A stretch of DNA of 49,823 bases from positions 1 to 49,823 of the forward strand of contig MEDY01000409.1 in assembly GCA_001724265.1 (NCBI GenBank). Direction: 5' to 3'. Made by a program: the position numbers and the translations under genes. Below the pieces are notes generated by a model, which was not told where the DNA came from, ran no database searches, and saw only the letters and a program-made list of their open reading frames with translations. Numbering within the stretch: the stretch's first letter is position 1; each line of letters starts with the position of its first letter. This DNA comes from Rhizaria sp. SCN 62-66. Taxonomy: Eukaryota. Below are positions 21,650 through 34,900 of this stretch, piece after piece.

Positions 21650-24600
21650 TTACGGGCGAGCCAGTTGCGCCTGCTGCTGCTGTGTCTGAAAAAGCGCGAG
21701 TGAGGTAAGGCGGACGCCGTCTTGGCCGATCTGCGTGCGCAGACACTCGAAACCCAGCCCCATCATCGCGCTCTCAAGCGCATGCACCGGGTCGCCGCTG
21801 CCGCTCACCAGCGCGCAGTCAGCGCTCGAGCCAGCGCCCACAGTCGCAGGCACTGTCACAGTCGCGGCCGCAGTCCCAGGCACCGCCACGTCAGCAGCGC
21901 CGCTACAAGCGGAGACCACTTGCGCGCTGCGACCACCCGCCGCAGCAGTCGCGTTCGCGGGCACGGTCACGGCTTCGTGGTCGTGGCAGTCATCGCCGCC
22001 ACAGTCGCTGTTGCTGGTGCTGTGGCTTGGACTGGGCGTGGCTGCGGGCGCGCCGGCGAGGCGGCCCGCAGCGGGGTGGTGCGGCGGCAGCGGCGCAGAC
22101 GCGGGCGCGATGAGAGACGGGGCGCCCATGAGCGCCACAGCAGCCCGCGTCGCACTCCCGCTGCCTGTGCCGGGCGCCCCGGCGGCCGCCGAGGCCGAGG
22201 CCGACGAGGCTGAGGTGGAGAGAGCGGGCAGCGAGGCCGTGGAAGGCAGCGACGGCAGCGTCAGCGCGATGGTGCTCAGCGCGCTCCGCTTCATCGGAGG
22301 CTTCGCAGTCGCACTCGCGCTGTCGCCCGCAGCCGGTGCAGCACCAGTTGAATCACGACCACTGGCAACATGACTCGCGGTTGTGGCAGCACCAGCGGAC
22401 ACCGTCGACGCGGACGCCGCTGAAACGGGGGTCGAGTCGAGCACGGGCACGACCTGCCCTGCGGCCGAAGCGAGCGCGCTCTTCTTGTTGACGAGCGGGG
22501 GCAGTAGCGTGATTGCGCAGCCGCCGCCGCCGGCGCCGGTGAGTTTGGTGGGCATGCTCATGGCCTCCGCGCAACGCGCGACGCGGTCCAGCGCGGGGTG
22601 CCCCACGCCCAGCAGCGTCAGCAGCTCGTGGTTCTTGCTCAGCAGCGGGCCTACGCACTTAAAGAAGCCCTGCGCCAGCGCGACCAGCGGTTGGCCGTCA
22701 GCATCAACGACCGGCATCGCAGTGCCCTCGACATCAGCGTCGACATCAGCGTCGGCGTCGGAGTTGTCGCTGTCGCCGTCGAACGTGTCAAAGTCGAAAT
22801 CATTATCGTCATCATCGTCATCGGTATTATCACTTGCGTTGTTTTTGGCCTCCGCGGCCTCTGCGGCGGCGAGCTGCTTGCGCGCGCGCACGATGGCGCC
22901 GTCTGCGTCCCCGGCGACGCGCTGGAAGGCGGCGGCAAACTCGCGGTCCGCGTCGGGCGATGACGGCACCGCGGCTGCGGCGGCGTCCGAGTCGAGTCCG
23001 GCCACCCCTGCGAGCCTGCAGTAGGCCTTGATGGCCGAGACGACGCGCGTGGCGATGCCGTCAATGGCCATGAAGACGGGCGTCGCCACCTCGGGCATCG
23101 CGGCCTTAAGCGCGGCCACGCGCGCCACGAGTTGCCGCGTGTCCTTGGGCACGCGCGTATTCGTGATCACGAGTTCCACAGATGGGGGGATGCAGCCGGA
23201 CGGTAGGAAATGCATCACAGGCTGCACTGGTGCGACGACCGACATGGCGGGAGAGGGCGGTGCGGCGGCCATGGTCGGAGTAGCCGTCGCTGGCACAGGC
23301 GCGGAGCCTAAGACAGTTGTGGAGGACACAGGGGCTGGTAAAGAGTCAGGCGCGGACACAGAAGGCTTCTTAGATGTGGAACAAGCGGGTTTGGCCTCGG
23401 CGTCGGCACGCGAGGCTGCGCGGGAGAGCTCTTTCTGCTCCAGTGGCTCCATCACAGGCGCTGCCGTCGCCGCCACAGGTGCCGTCGCAGTCAGAGGCGC
23501 CATCGCAGTCAGAGTCGCAGTCGCCGGCGCCCCGGCAGGGACAGCAACAGCGGGATCGTTCACAGAAGACGTTACAGGGGCCGTCGCAGTGGCAGAGGGG
23601 GGCTTGGCGTCGCTAGCGTGTGCGACGGCGACGACGGGGCCAAACAGGCGCGCAGCTGCGTCCGCCGGGTGCTCCATGCGGCGGCGGAAGACGACGACGC
23701 CGCCGTAGACGCAGACGGTGTTGTCGAGTCCCGAGCACACGCCGTGCACGAGGCGCTCGCCCTCGTACGCCCACGCGTTGATCAGCGCGCGGTCCAGCGC
23801 CACGCCAATGTCACCACTGCAGTCACCGCCATCACCGTCGCGATGAGGGCGACCACCGCCGCTGTGACCAACACCGGCATTGTGAGCATCGTTAGTGCTC
23901 GACATCAACGCTGACGCAGACGCGGACGCTGACGCAAACGCAAAGGGCGTGGATGCGGACGTGTTCGCTGGGGGAAATGGGTACGCTGTGGAGGCGACTG
24001 CAGACTCGATCGAAGGACCAAAGGAGCATGACGAAGCGGGCGAGTGCGAGTACGCGTGCGAAAGGGATGAGGGCACGGAGAGCGAACCCGCGGAGGCAGC
24101 GCCGGCACCGAGACGGCAGAGAGCGAAGAAGCCCGTTGCGAGCGCGGAGCAGAACGACGCCGAGGAGCCCAGACCGGAGCCGATGGGGAGGTCCGAGGTG
24201 ATGGAGACTGACACGGCGTGGGCGGCGCGCGACATGAGCAGGCAGAACATGAGGAAGATCTGCGCAGGCGCGGCGTCGTGCAGCCGGCCGCCGTTGGCGC
24301 GGATCTGCTCCATGCGCGCAGCCACTTGCGCGGGTGGCGCGGCGGGCAGCGGCGTCAGCGTCAACGCACTAGGGACCGCATCGAACGTGTCACGCACGTA
24401 GTCCACGGCCGCCGCAGTCTCCGCGGGCGAGGAGAAAACCGAGTCAATGTCCCAGGCGGAAGGGAAGAGCCCGTCGAGCTGCAGACGCGCGTGCTCCAAG
24501 TCAACGAAGCGCCAGGTGCGGGAGATCTGCAGCTCCTTGTCGCTGTGGGAAAACGAAACCGTCGTCGGGTCGGTACTGGGGGCAAAGCACGCAAATGTGC

Positions 24601-24706
24601 GGCGGTCGACAACAGTAGCAATAGCGTGAGAGCCGTGCACGACGCTATGCTCGCCGGATAGGATGATCTTGCCGGGCGCAGAGGCCACGAAAGGCTAGAA
24701 GTACAT
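21650..24706 (-). CDS. MVK: Mevalonate kinase with large Ala-rich insertions; in-frame TAG at codon 4 (24695-24697), about 1018 aa
   Basis: GHMP kinase motifs SAPGKIILSGEHSVVHG, LPIGSGLGSSA, GERLVHGVCSGLDN, ITNT, NHELLTLLGVGH and KLTGAGGGGC. The nearest upstream ATG gives ATG TAC TTC TAG CCT TTC GTG GCC TCT GCG CCC GGC AAG. Stop is TAA. Confidence 0.9.
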
Positions 24707-25173
24707 GAAGGCTGGACAACTGTTTGGACCCCGAGAATCGCCCGACGTCAACCTAAACTGCCTACTAGAATACGACATGAAAAAATTTACAACGTAAGTA
24801 CTAACGTTAGCATATGAAACCAGAATTGCCAACCAACGAACGTGTATAGCACAACAGATCAAGTGTAAATCAACTCTGGGAGCGATGTGGCACGATGGGC
24901 ACCGGTCAAAAATCTGCCCACAGTCAGCGGAGAGCAATTCGTGGTAAGAACGATGAAATGAGAAAATGTGAAGAAATGTATGGTATCTGTTGGTTAAAAA
25001 TATATTATCCCTAAACGAGAGGATGTAGAAATACAAAAAATAACTGAAAATACTTTGCTATAAGCTTTATACTAGGTTCTACAGACACGATTCGGAACTG
25101 TGTAACAACAAAACATCAACTATTAGACACAAACAAAGCAACCTGTCAGTTTTGCTTACAAACTGCATTTGCT

Positions 25174-27297
25174 TTAGTAGTCAGTGGAGAAGTTGTAGTT
25201 GTCGCCGTCGTCGTCATCGTCCATGCCGGCGCCGCCCGCGGCAGCCATACGGCGCTGGTCCTTCTTGGCCTTCTTAAGCGCAGCCTTATTGTTTTTGGCC
25301 ACGTTGACGGGCGACTCATCGTACGCCTCGTCGTTAAGGATCTTGTAGATCTTGGAGCGGCCCGTGCGCGCCGAGTGCTGCATCACCTTGGACATGGCCT
25401 CAGTGACGGGCTTGGCGGCGCGCGCCACGGAAAACGCCTTCTCCGCCTTGCCAGCGCCCTTGCCAACGCGCGAGAAAGCGTTAGGAGCGATCTGCTTGAG
25501 GATGTCCTCTTCCTCGGCCTCGTCCTCGTCGTCCATGCCGCTCGCGCCCGCCATGCCGCGCTTGGCGGCCGACACGGCCGAGGCGAGGTGGCCCTCGTCC
25601 TCGTCACCAGCCTCCTCGTCAGACTCCTCGACGATGAGGCTCGAGGCCGAGATGGCGGTGGAGCCGCGCTGCACGATGGGCTTGACGGCGCCCAGCATCG
25701 CCTTGAGCGAGCTCACAGCCTCGTCATCCTCCTCGTCCGCCTCGAACTCCTCGTCACTCTCGCCACCCATCGCGCCGCCCTCGTTAGCGCCGGTCATGGA
25801 GCGCTGGCGCTCGACGGTGGCGAGCGTGTCCTTGTTGGCCTCATCGAGCAGCGCAGCGATGTCGAACGACTCGGCGAAGCCCGACACGATGGACGACTCG
25901 GCCACGTCGTCGACCTGCGGCGGTAGCGTGTAAAACGGGATCTTGCCTGAGTTCCAGTCCTTGAGCACCACGCGCGCGGCGTCGTCGAGGTTCGGGATGC
26001 CGCCCTTGCCGATCTTGCCAAGACGGTGCGCGAGGAAAAAGAGGAACTCGCGGCCCGAGGTGAACTCGGCGACCTGGTAGATAGACATGAGCTGCTCGCG
26101 CGAGCACCGGGCAAGGATGCCCTCGACCGCCACCGTGGGGTCCTCGATCTGGTCCGCGCGGAGCACGTTGCGTAGCAGCAGAGACTGGGTCTTGGCGCGG
26201 GTCTCCTCGTCCGCCAGCGCGTCGCCGGAGGCCGAGGACGCGACGCCCTCGTCGTCGGCGGCGAAGAGCACGCCGGGCGAGTCGACGAGCATGATGTTGG
26301 CGTCGAGGCGCACCTGCTGCAGCGTCTTGGTGCAGCCGGCGGCGGCGGAGACCTGGACAGCGCGGGACATCTTGAGCGAGTTGATGATCGACGACTTGCC
26401 GACGTTGGGGTAGCCGATAACGCCGACGGTGATGCCCTTCTTGGCGCCGAGTGAGCGCGAGTAGTTCTTGAGCAGCTGCAGCAACGCCTGCCCGCCGACA
26501 GAGGCGCGGGACTCGAGCGCCTTGGAGCCGGCCTTGGTGGCTTTGACGTCGAGCGACTGCAGGAAACCCTTGCCGTTGTGCGTCGACGACTTGAAGGCGA
26601 TGGTGGGGAACTCACGACGCAGGTAGCGCGTCCACGCCTCGACAACCTCGGGCGGCACCATGTCGATCTTGTTAAGCACCAGCACGAGCTTCTTCGACGG
26701 GGAGCCGTCGGCGTTCTGCTGAGCGAGCACGCGGCGCTCGATGTCCAGCGCGCGGCAGCCCACGGGGTCGCGCGCGTCCAGAACCTCAAGGATCACGTCG
26801 GCCGTCTCAACGACCTTGAGCAGCTCGCGGAAGTACCACTTGCGCTTGCCTTCGGGCGTGTTCAGGTTCTTGTACTCGTTCTCCACAGCGCGCGTCTGCT
26901 CCTCGTAGCGAAGCTTGTTCTTCTCGTAGCGCTCCGTGCGCGTCGCGCGCTCCGCCGCGCGCGCCTGCTCGGCGGCAGAGAGCTCGTTCTGCGCGTCGCG
27001 CAGCATCGACTCCTTGTGCGGCCACAGGTTCGGGATTCCAGGGTCCTGCTTCTTGGCGCGGCGCATCACGTGCGGGTTTGCCTTGGCGAGGCGGCGCATC
27101 TTGCGAGCGTGGTCCTTCACGTTGCGCTGGACACGGAACTTATCGGCGAGCGAAACACGCTTACTCACTGCAGGGGGAACAGAAGCAAACACGAAAAAGA
27201 CAAACTCAGGGTGAGAGCGATTCTGATTGGTGAGGGAGGACGGGAAAGAAATCAAAGATGGGAGAACAAAAGCTATAGACGTACCGTACTTGCCCAT
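25174..27297 (-). CDS. GNL3: Nucleostemin/GNL3-family circularly permuted GTPase (Nug1/Grn1-like); exons 27297-27285 and 27167-25174, about 668 aa
   Basis: Basic N-terminus (SKRVS...KKQDPGIPNLWP), DVILEVLDARDP, G4 NKID placed before G1 GYPNVGKSS and G3 DSPG, then GGIPNLDDAAR...DWNSGKIPFYT. Stop is TAA. Confidence 0.92.
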   Translation of the reverse strand: MGKYGTSIAFVLPSLISFPSSLTNQNRSHPEFVFFVFASVPPAVSKRVSLADKFRVQRNVKDHARKMRRLAKANPHVMRRAKKQDPGIPNLWPHKESMLRDAQNELSAAEQARAAERATRTERYEKNKLRYEEQTRAVENEYKNLNTPEGKRKWYFRELLKVVETADVILEVLDARDPVGCRALDIERRVLAQQNADGSPSKKLVLVLNKIDMVPPEVVEAWTRYLRREFPTIAFKSSTHNGKGFLQSLDVKATKAGSKALESRASVGGQALLQLLKNYSRSLGAKKGITVGVIGYPNVGKSSIINSLKMSRAVQVSAAAGCTKTLQQVRLDANIMLVDSPGVLFAADDEGVASSASGDALADEETRAKTQSLLLRNVLRADQIEDPTVAVEGILARCSREQLMSIYQVAEFTSGREFLFFLAHRLGKIGKGGIPNLDDAARVVLKDWNSGKIPFYTLPPQVDDVAESSIVSGFAESFDIAALLDEANKDTLATVERQRSMTGANEGGAMGGESDEEFEADEEDDEAVSSLKAMLGAVKPIVQRGSTAISASSLIVEESDEEAGDEDEGHLASAVSAAKRGMAGASGMDDEDEAEEEDILKQIAPNAFSRVGKGAGKAEKAFSVARAAKPVTEAMSKVMQHSARTGRSKIYKILNDEAYDESPVNVAKNNKAALKKAKKDQRRMAAAGGAGMDDDDDGDNYNFSTDY
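27168..27284 (-). other. Spliceosomal intron (117 bp, in frame and stop-free)
   Basis: GTACGT donor after MGKY-G, T-rich body, CTGCAG acceptor. Removal gives MGKYVSKRVS. Confidence 0.8.
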
Positions 27298-27698
27298 ACT
27301 AACTTAGATGAGTATGAACTGTGACAAAACAAAGGTCCTGGAAAGCGAAAGAACGACTATGGCGAGAAAAATAACAAAAGGAGCAGAGTGAGCGAGAATC
27401 GTGGTGCGCCACGCACAAAGGCGGACTTAGTCGGAAAAGAGACAAATTCGGCCCTCGGATCGCAAATAAAATAAAGAACATAGCATAACCCAAAATCGAT
27501 ATAACCATATCGAAAATACACCTCACTTTGACGCTGGAAACTCAATAAGCGACGTCTCTTTTGCCGGTCAGTACAGCTCTTCGCTCTTGCCTCGCTCGCT
27601 TCGCCCGCGCTGCTCGTCTGACTTTTTAGGTCCAAGCCTCGCAAACAAGATCATCGACGGAACGATATGTGTATTTTAGGCATCTGATGTGACATAGG

Positions 27699-28965
27699 AT
27701 GACTGTCAAGAACGCTCTAGACTCTTTGCTACGTAGTGACGTATGGTTTTGTCTTATTATCTCTTTTACGCACTCTTAAATTTTTACCACTGTTGCTGTA
27801 GGTTCTGTCCCTGCGCCTTGCGCTCGACTTGATGGAAACAGACTCTGCACAGCTCCTTGCCGAGGCGCAGCGCCGACTAGGCGTGCTCCCGGCGTCGTTC
27901 CTCGCCAAGTACATCACAGACACACACCCGGCCCTTGCGTCCTCTGCGGCGTACGCCGGTGTGTGTGGCTTTCACACGGCTGCGACGGACGAGGCCCGCA
28001 CGGCAGCGCTGCGCTCGCTGGTGCCCGTCGCCTGGGACGAGGCCGAGGACGCGGCGGCCGACCCCACGACCGCCGCCGCCGTTGCCGCGCTACACACAGA
28101 CATCTTTCTCTGCGCTTTGTACATGGCTCACCCAGCCCTCGAGGCTTATCTCGTGCCTACAGCGTCCGCGCACGCCGCCGCGATCATGACCGCTGCGCGT
28201 GCTGAGCTGCCTGTGCCGCCCGCCGCAAAGACCACCGCTGCCGCTGCCACTGCGCCCACGACCAAGCTGCTGCCCGTGTTCCGCAAGATTTTTGCGCAGG
28301 TGCTCGACGCCTTTGTGACGCGCGCTGCTTCGGCATCGAACGCTGGACTCGTGCGGCCGGCCGCTCTGTACCGCGGCGCCGTCCTGCTCGCGCTCGCCCC
28401 GCTTCTGCCCGGCGGGGTCGCGTCTGGGGACGTGCCCATCGCGGTGCAGGCGGCGCGGCTGACCGCGGCGGCCGCCCTCCTGCGTGGCGCCGGCCGCGCC
28501 GCAACGGCGCTGCTGTACGCGCCCGCCTCCGCCGCCGCGCTCGATGCTGATGAGCCCTTCTGGACCGCCGTGCTCGCCGCCGCCGCGCAGGCACTGCGCG
28601 CCAGTCTGCCCGCCGCGCAGCCCGCGCGCACCGCCGCCGCCGCCGAGGCTCTGCAGGCGCCCGCGGTAACGCTCCTGTCCGAGCTTGCGGGTGGGCTGGC
28701 CGCCGCGCTGCGCCGCTGCGACTCCGACGCTGCCGCCGCTAACAGCAGTGCGCCGGCGCTGCCCTCATGGCTGCTGTCCGCGTGCGGGCGCACGGGCGCC
28801 GCAGCCGACGCGCTGACCGTCTCCGCGGCGACGCTGGCGCTCAACGGGCGCGACCTCGTCTCGCGTGACTCAGCCACCAAGGCCGGGTATGTCATCGCGC
28901 ATCTCTTCGCGGCCGCCGAGCGCAACGCCACTGCTGCGGACGCCGCCGCGCGCGCCACCGCGCTG

Positions 28966-28996
<31 letters not shown>

Positions 28997-31900
28997 ATAG
29001 CGCGCGCGCGAACCCCGTCGCCGCCGCGCTGGCCGCGTCCGCGCCTGAGGGCTCCGCGGCAGCTGCTGCGGGCTCCGCTGCTGCGGGCGGCGCGCTGGCG
29101 CTGCTGGGCGCGCGCGCGGCGCTGTGCCTTGGCCGCCACCTGCTGAGCGTACTCCCCGCCGCTGCGCTGACAGCGACACTTGCGCCCGCGTCCGCGACTG
29201 CGGAGAGCTGGCAGATGCAGGTTGCGACGCTGGCCTCCGCCTCTGCTGCAACGACCGCGAATACTGTGTCTGTCGCGGACGACAACGCTGCCGCTGGTGT
29301 TGCGCAGGACGAGGGCGCCGCCGGCGTGGCTGCGCGCGCGTTCCTGTGCGAAGCGTTCCCGGCGACTGTGCGCGCGGGGGGCGCGGCGCTGCTGGTGCAC
29401 GTGGTGCCCGCGCTCGTCGTGGCCACGCTGCCGGGCGGCGACATGCACGCGTACGTCACCGCCGAGCTCTGGCTCAAGTCGCTCACGCGCCTCTCCGCGC
29501 CCGCTACGACCGCTGCGGTCGACTGCGCCGTCGCGAACACGCTGAACGCGGCGCTGCGCGCGCCCGCGGGCGCTGCGGCGCTGTCGGCACTGGTGGCGCA
29601 TCTGCTGGATCAGGTGCAGTGGGGCGCCAAGAGCACCTCCACGCTCTGCCGCGGGCTGCTCGAGCAGTGGACCGCGCTGCCCTGCGCCGCGGGCGCGCTG
29701 CATGCGCTCACGGCGCGCGCGCTGGCCGCCCCGCTCGCGCGCGCGGGACTTCTGCTCGCCGTGACGCTCGCGCCGGTCGTCGGCGTGCCCGCACTGCTGG
29801 CCGAGCGTCCGCGTCTGCTCGAGAACCTCTTCGCTGAGCTGTCCGCGCCCGCGACGGGGCCCGTTGCCGCGCGCCTCATCAACACCGTGCTCGCCGCCGC
29901 ACGCCCCGCGACGGCTGCCGCCACTGGCGCTGCCGGAAAGCAGCCGGCGCGCGCACAGGTGGCGAAGCTGGTGCTCTCGCAGGCCAGGGGAGCGGCCGCC
30001 GAGTGGGCGGCGTTGTGGCGCGCGCCGCTCGTGCGGGTGCTGCGCGGCACCGACGCGGGCGCGCGCGCGGGACTTGTGACCTCCGGCGGCGTGCTGGCGC
30101 ACCTGGCGGGCGACCTCGCAGTGGATTGCTTCGAGACTCTGCTCGAGGACCTTGTCGCCGTTGATGACAACGCTGGCGCCGCGGCCACGCTGGTCAACAC
30201 CCTCTGCGGTGTCTTTGCCGTTGTCCGTTGCGCGCGTCTTGTGCCTGGTCTCCGCGTCGCCGGCGGCGGTGCTGCGCTGCTCACCCGCGCCGCCGCCCTC
30301 ATTTCCGCGCGCCCCGCGCTTGCGCACGCGCTGCACGCGGGCGCCGGCAACACTACGACGCTTTCCGCCGCTGCTGAGGCTGACACCGACGCCGAGGCTG
30401 CGCGCGTGTTCACGAGCGCGCTGCTGCACGCTAACACAGAGCTCCGCGAGCTCGCCTGGGCCGCTGTCGCAGGTCCCGCGCTGTCGGCCGAGCTGCCCAC
30501 CCGCGCTGAGAGCGCCGCGCTTGCTTTGGGTGCCGTGCACGCTGCTGCCGCAGCGCCGCTGCAGTCCGCCGCTGTGGGCCACGCCGTCGAGCGCGCGCTC
30601 ACGCGCTTTGCGGTCTCGGCTCTTCACGCACGCGCCGCCGCTGCGAGCGCCGTCACGACAGCCACCGCTGCGGCCGACGCGGCTGCTGCAGAGGGCGCTC
30701 CGGTGGCCGCCGCCGCGACTGCTGCGGAGGCCTCTGCCGCTGTGGCTGTCACCGCTGCTGCGGCCCGTGAGGGTGACGAAACCCTGCGCGCGCTGTGGAC
30801 CATTGTGGCAGCGACGCTGCGTGGCGCGTTGGGCGCTGATGTGCCTGTTAAGACGACGCACTTCGCGCTGTGCCAGCTGCGTCGCCTGCTCGATTGCGCG
30901 CAGATGCTGCCCGCCCTCGCCGCGGCGGCAAAGCTCATTGCTTCCGACACTGCAGCGCAGCGCTTAAAGGTGGACTGGCTCGCTAGCATGAGTGCACTGG
31001 GCGAACTGCTGCGTCCTGAGCCGCTGAGCGCGCGCCTTGTCGCCGCGGGTCTGGTAGCTGCGCTGGAGAACCGCTGGGAGGGCGTTGGTGTGGCTGTGTT
31101 TGCGCTCGTTGCTCACCCGGCTTTCCCGGCCTTGCTGGCCGCGCTGCTCGGCGGCGCTCGCGACTGTGAGGGCGCTGACGCCGTGCAGCTGCTGCTCGCG
31201 GGACTCGCTCCTGTCAACACACCCGCAGACGCTGTGCCCGCCGCCGCACTATCTGCGCTGGTGGCGCGCGCGGCAGAGATCCTGCGTGGTGGCAACCTGC
31301 ATTTTGTGCCTGTGGCCGCTGCACTTGTGCGCTTCACGCTTGCACTGAGTCTTCGCGCGGGTTCCGGCGCCCCGGCCTTCGCAACGCTGCTGACGCCGCT
31401 TATGCCTGAGGGCGCGACTTTCGCACCCGGGCTTGCGCTCACGCTGCCGACGAGCGACGGTGCTGTTGCAGTGCTTGCCGATCCCGTCGCGCGCACAGTG
31501 CGCCTCGCCGCGGCCGCGCAGACGCCCGCTGAGCGCGCGCTCGAGGCGCAGTTGTCGAATTCTACGTTCGACGCTCTGGTTCCGCCCGCGCTCTGTGCCG
31601 TTGCCGCAGCGCAACAGCTCCTTGCCGCGCACGCTGGCGCCGTCGCTGGCGCGTTGCGCGCCGGTGCCGCTGCTGGCGCTGCCGCAGCCGTCACGCGCGC
31701 CTTCCAGGGCCTTCACGCCGCGCTGGCTGTGGCTCGTGCGGTGGCGCAAGAGGCCGACTGGATTGGCTGGGCTAATCCTGCTTCGAGCAAGGGCGACAGC
31801 AACGCGCTTGCTGGTGTGGCGCTGGCCGGTGCGCGCGCCGTCGGCGCCGCAGTGCTCTCGTCGCTGTTCGGCGTTGCAAAGCAGCTGCTGGCGATGCACT

Positions 31901-34900
31901 CGCAGACCGACGCGTCGCTTACCACCCTTGCGCTGAACACCGTCACCGCCACCGGTGCCGGTGCGCAGCTGCTGGCGACGGGACAGGCGTCGTTGTTTGA
32001 CGCGCTGCGCTGGCTGACCTCGGCTGAGGAGGCTGCACAGACCGGCTTTGGCGTTGATTGTCGCGGCCACGTCTACCTTGTCTGTGCCGGTGCGCCTGCA
32101 ACCGACGCCGCCGCTGGCGACGAGACCGAGAACGAAGGCGTCGGAGGCCGCACGCTCGCCGCGCTGGCGTGGCTGTCGCTGCGCGAGCTGCTGTTGAGCT
32201 TGGGCCAGATCTTTGCCTCTCCTCTCGTCCTCTGCCCTGACGCGCCCTCCGTTGCGGTGACTGTGTCTGTGACCGCAGTGGCGGAGGCGCGCGGCCCGGC
32301 GGGTATTTTCCCTGTGTCGGCTGCGCGCATGGCGGGCTCAATGCTGTTGACGACGCTGCTGGCGACAAAGCACATGGGCGTGCACGAGGTTGCGCAGACC
32401 GCGCTTGAGACCCTTGTCGGAGCACTTGCCGCGCCCGCCGCGCCGCCCGCTGCGCGCGCCGCGGCCCGCGACTGGCTGGTTCAGACGCTCGAGTACGTTG
32501 CTGCGTCGGCGCGCGCTGAGGACAAGTCCTGGATTCGCCGCGGCGCCGGTCTGCCTTTCTGCGTGCTCGCACTCATGCGCGGCATTAAGGCCGGCTCCAA
32601 GTCCACTCTTGCTGCCGCCGCGGGCTCCGTCGACACTGCTGTGGCTACGCTTGCTAGCACGGCCGCTGTGGGCAGCGTTGCTTGGGGCTTGTCGCTGCGC
32701 ACCAGTGCTCTCCCAGCTGAGGCTTTTGGCGGCGCAGCTTTTGCCGTGCTGCTGGCGCTGCACGGCGACGCGATGGCGCTCTCTGGTGCTGCAGCAAGCA
32801 ATGCTGTTATGGAGGCGAGCTTTCCCCGACTCATTGCGGCCGAGGCGAGTAGCGCGTGGAAGCCGCGCGTTCATGTGCTCAACTTGATCCGGGCTGTCTG
32901 CCGTGACCGCGCGCTGTCTGCGTCGCTGCCTGCCGGTGTCCTTAATGGCGCCATGGCCGCTGCGCTTGAGGGCTTTGCGTGCAGCAACTGGAACGTGCGC
33001 AATGCTGCGCTGCTCGCTTTCTCTGCCGTCTCGGCCCGTATGTTGTGTCTGCAGCTGCCCGAGCACACGCAGGCTCACGACCCACTGCTGTCCATGCCTA
33101 TGTTTTACCTCCCCGCTCCCGCACGTCTCGCTGCATGTAGCCCTGCCACCGCGAACGCTCTTGCTCTCGCGCGCTCGCCGCAGCCCCACGGCTCCGAATA
33201 CGCATCGGCCGGTCCCTCTGCCTTTGCTTTTGCGCCCGCTGCGTCTTTTTCGTCATCGGCGACTGGCACTGCGGCTGCCTCAGCGCTCGACATGACGCGC
33301 TTTGCTGCTAGCTTCCCCGGTGTGCTGTCGGCCTTCGCGCGCAGTCTGCGTGGCGCCCTTGCCGCGCCTGTTGACGCCGCTGCCGTTTTTTCTGCGTCGA
33401 GCCTCGCGCCCATTCTTCTTGTGCTGAGCTCTTTGGCCCGCCCCAGCGCCGACGCTTCCGCTGCGGGCGAGGCTGCTGCCGCTGGTGAGCTGCGCGCTCT
33501 CGTTGCCGGCGCGCTCTCGCATAGCTCGCACCACATCCGCCTGCTCGCCGCCAAGGCCGAGCTTGCGCTCACGCCTGTGGCCGCCGCGCCCGCGCTTGCG
33601 CGCGCCACAACTCTTGTCGCCATGGCCGCTGCCTCTGACTGCTCCGCCAACGCCGCGCATGGCAACCTGTTGGCGGCGCACGCGCTGTTGTGCGCAATCC
33701 CCGCCGGTGACGCCGATGCTGCCGCGCTGCAAGCTCTGTGCACCGCTTTGACTGCACTTTCGTGCGCCTGGCTGTGCTCGGCGGATGCTGCTTCCTCCAC
33801 TGCAACTGCCCGCATGCCGTTCCAGTGCCTGCTTGCGCTGTGCCGCACCGCTGACGCCGCTGCGCTCCTGCAGCGCAACGCTGCGCTCTGCACTACAGTC
33901 GACGCCGCTGTGTTGGCTGAGGCGAGCGCGAACCACTGGGCGCTGACCCTGGCGGTGCTGCGCGCCACGACTCCGTGCGGCCCTCGCCCCGTCGCGAGCG
34001 CGGCGGAGCTCGGTCGCCAGCAGCTGCGCGTGTGGGCCGCGTCGCGCGCCATGGCGCTTCTGGTCGAGACCGTCACGGCAGCGCCCGGCGCTGTCGACGC
34101 TAGCCGCGGCACTGTTGCGGTGGCTGTTGCCGCTTCTGGGCCCCGTGCTGCCGCGACCCGTGCGCTGTTCCAGGCTGCGGCTGCGGCACCCTCTGCTGCT
34201 GCTGAAGGGACCGTGTCAGTGCGCGTGCGCGCGCTTTTCTGGGCGCTTGTGGCTGACGCTGACGCCGCTGTGCGCACGGCTGCCACCGAGGCGCTCGCGC
34301 AGGCCTTGCCCTCCGCTGACCCCGCTCCCGCCGCCGCGCTCGCTGCTGCCACTGCACTGAGTGGCGCAGAGGCCGCGACAGAGACGGGACTCGTGGCGGG
34401 TGCGTGGTTCACCGTTGTGGCTGACTGCACGCGTCAGTTCCCTCCTGCGCGCACGTCTGAGCTTGCCGCTGCGCTCGTCGGACCTGTTATTGAGTTCGGC
34501 AACGCAACCATTGTCTCCGACACCGCGCCCCTCGCGCCCGCGCTCGAGCTGGCCCCCGCAGCGGCCGACGCGAGCTCACTCTCCGCGCCCTTCTTGCTGC
34601 TCGCGCTGCGCTACACCAGCTCTGTGACGGCAGCCGTGACCGCTGAGGCCGCTGCTGCCGAGGCCGCTGTCTCGCTCGCCGACCCCGCTGCGGCCGCCGC
34701 ACTGCCCGCGCTGCCGCTCGCGGCAGTCTCGCCCGTGCCGGCCGCGCTGGTCACCGAGGCGCTGCGCGCGTCCACGCCCAGCGGGGCCGTTGTCGACAAC
34801 TCGCGTCAGGCGCACCTGGGCCTGCTGCTGGGCGCGGAGACCCTCCGCTGCGCCGCGCAGGCCGCCGCGCTCACCCGCGCCCGCGCCTGTCAGGCCACGC

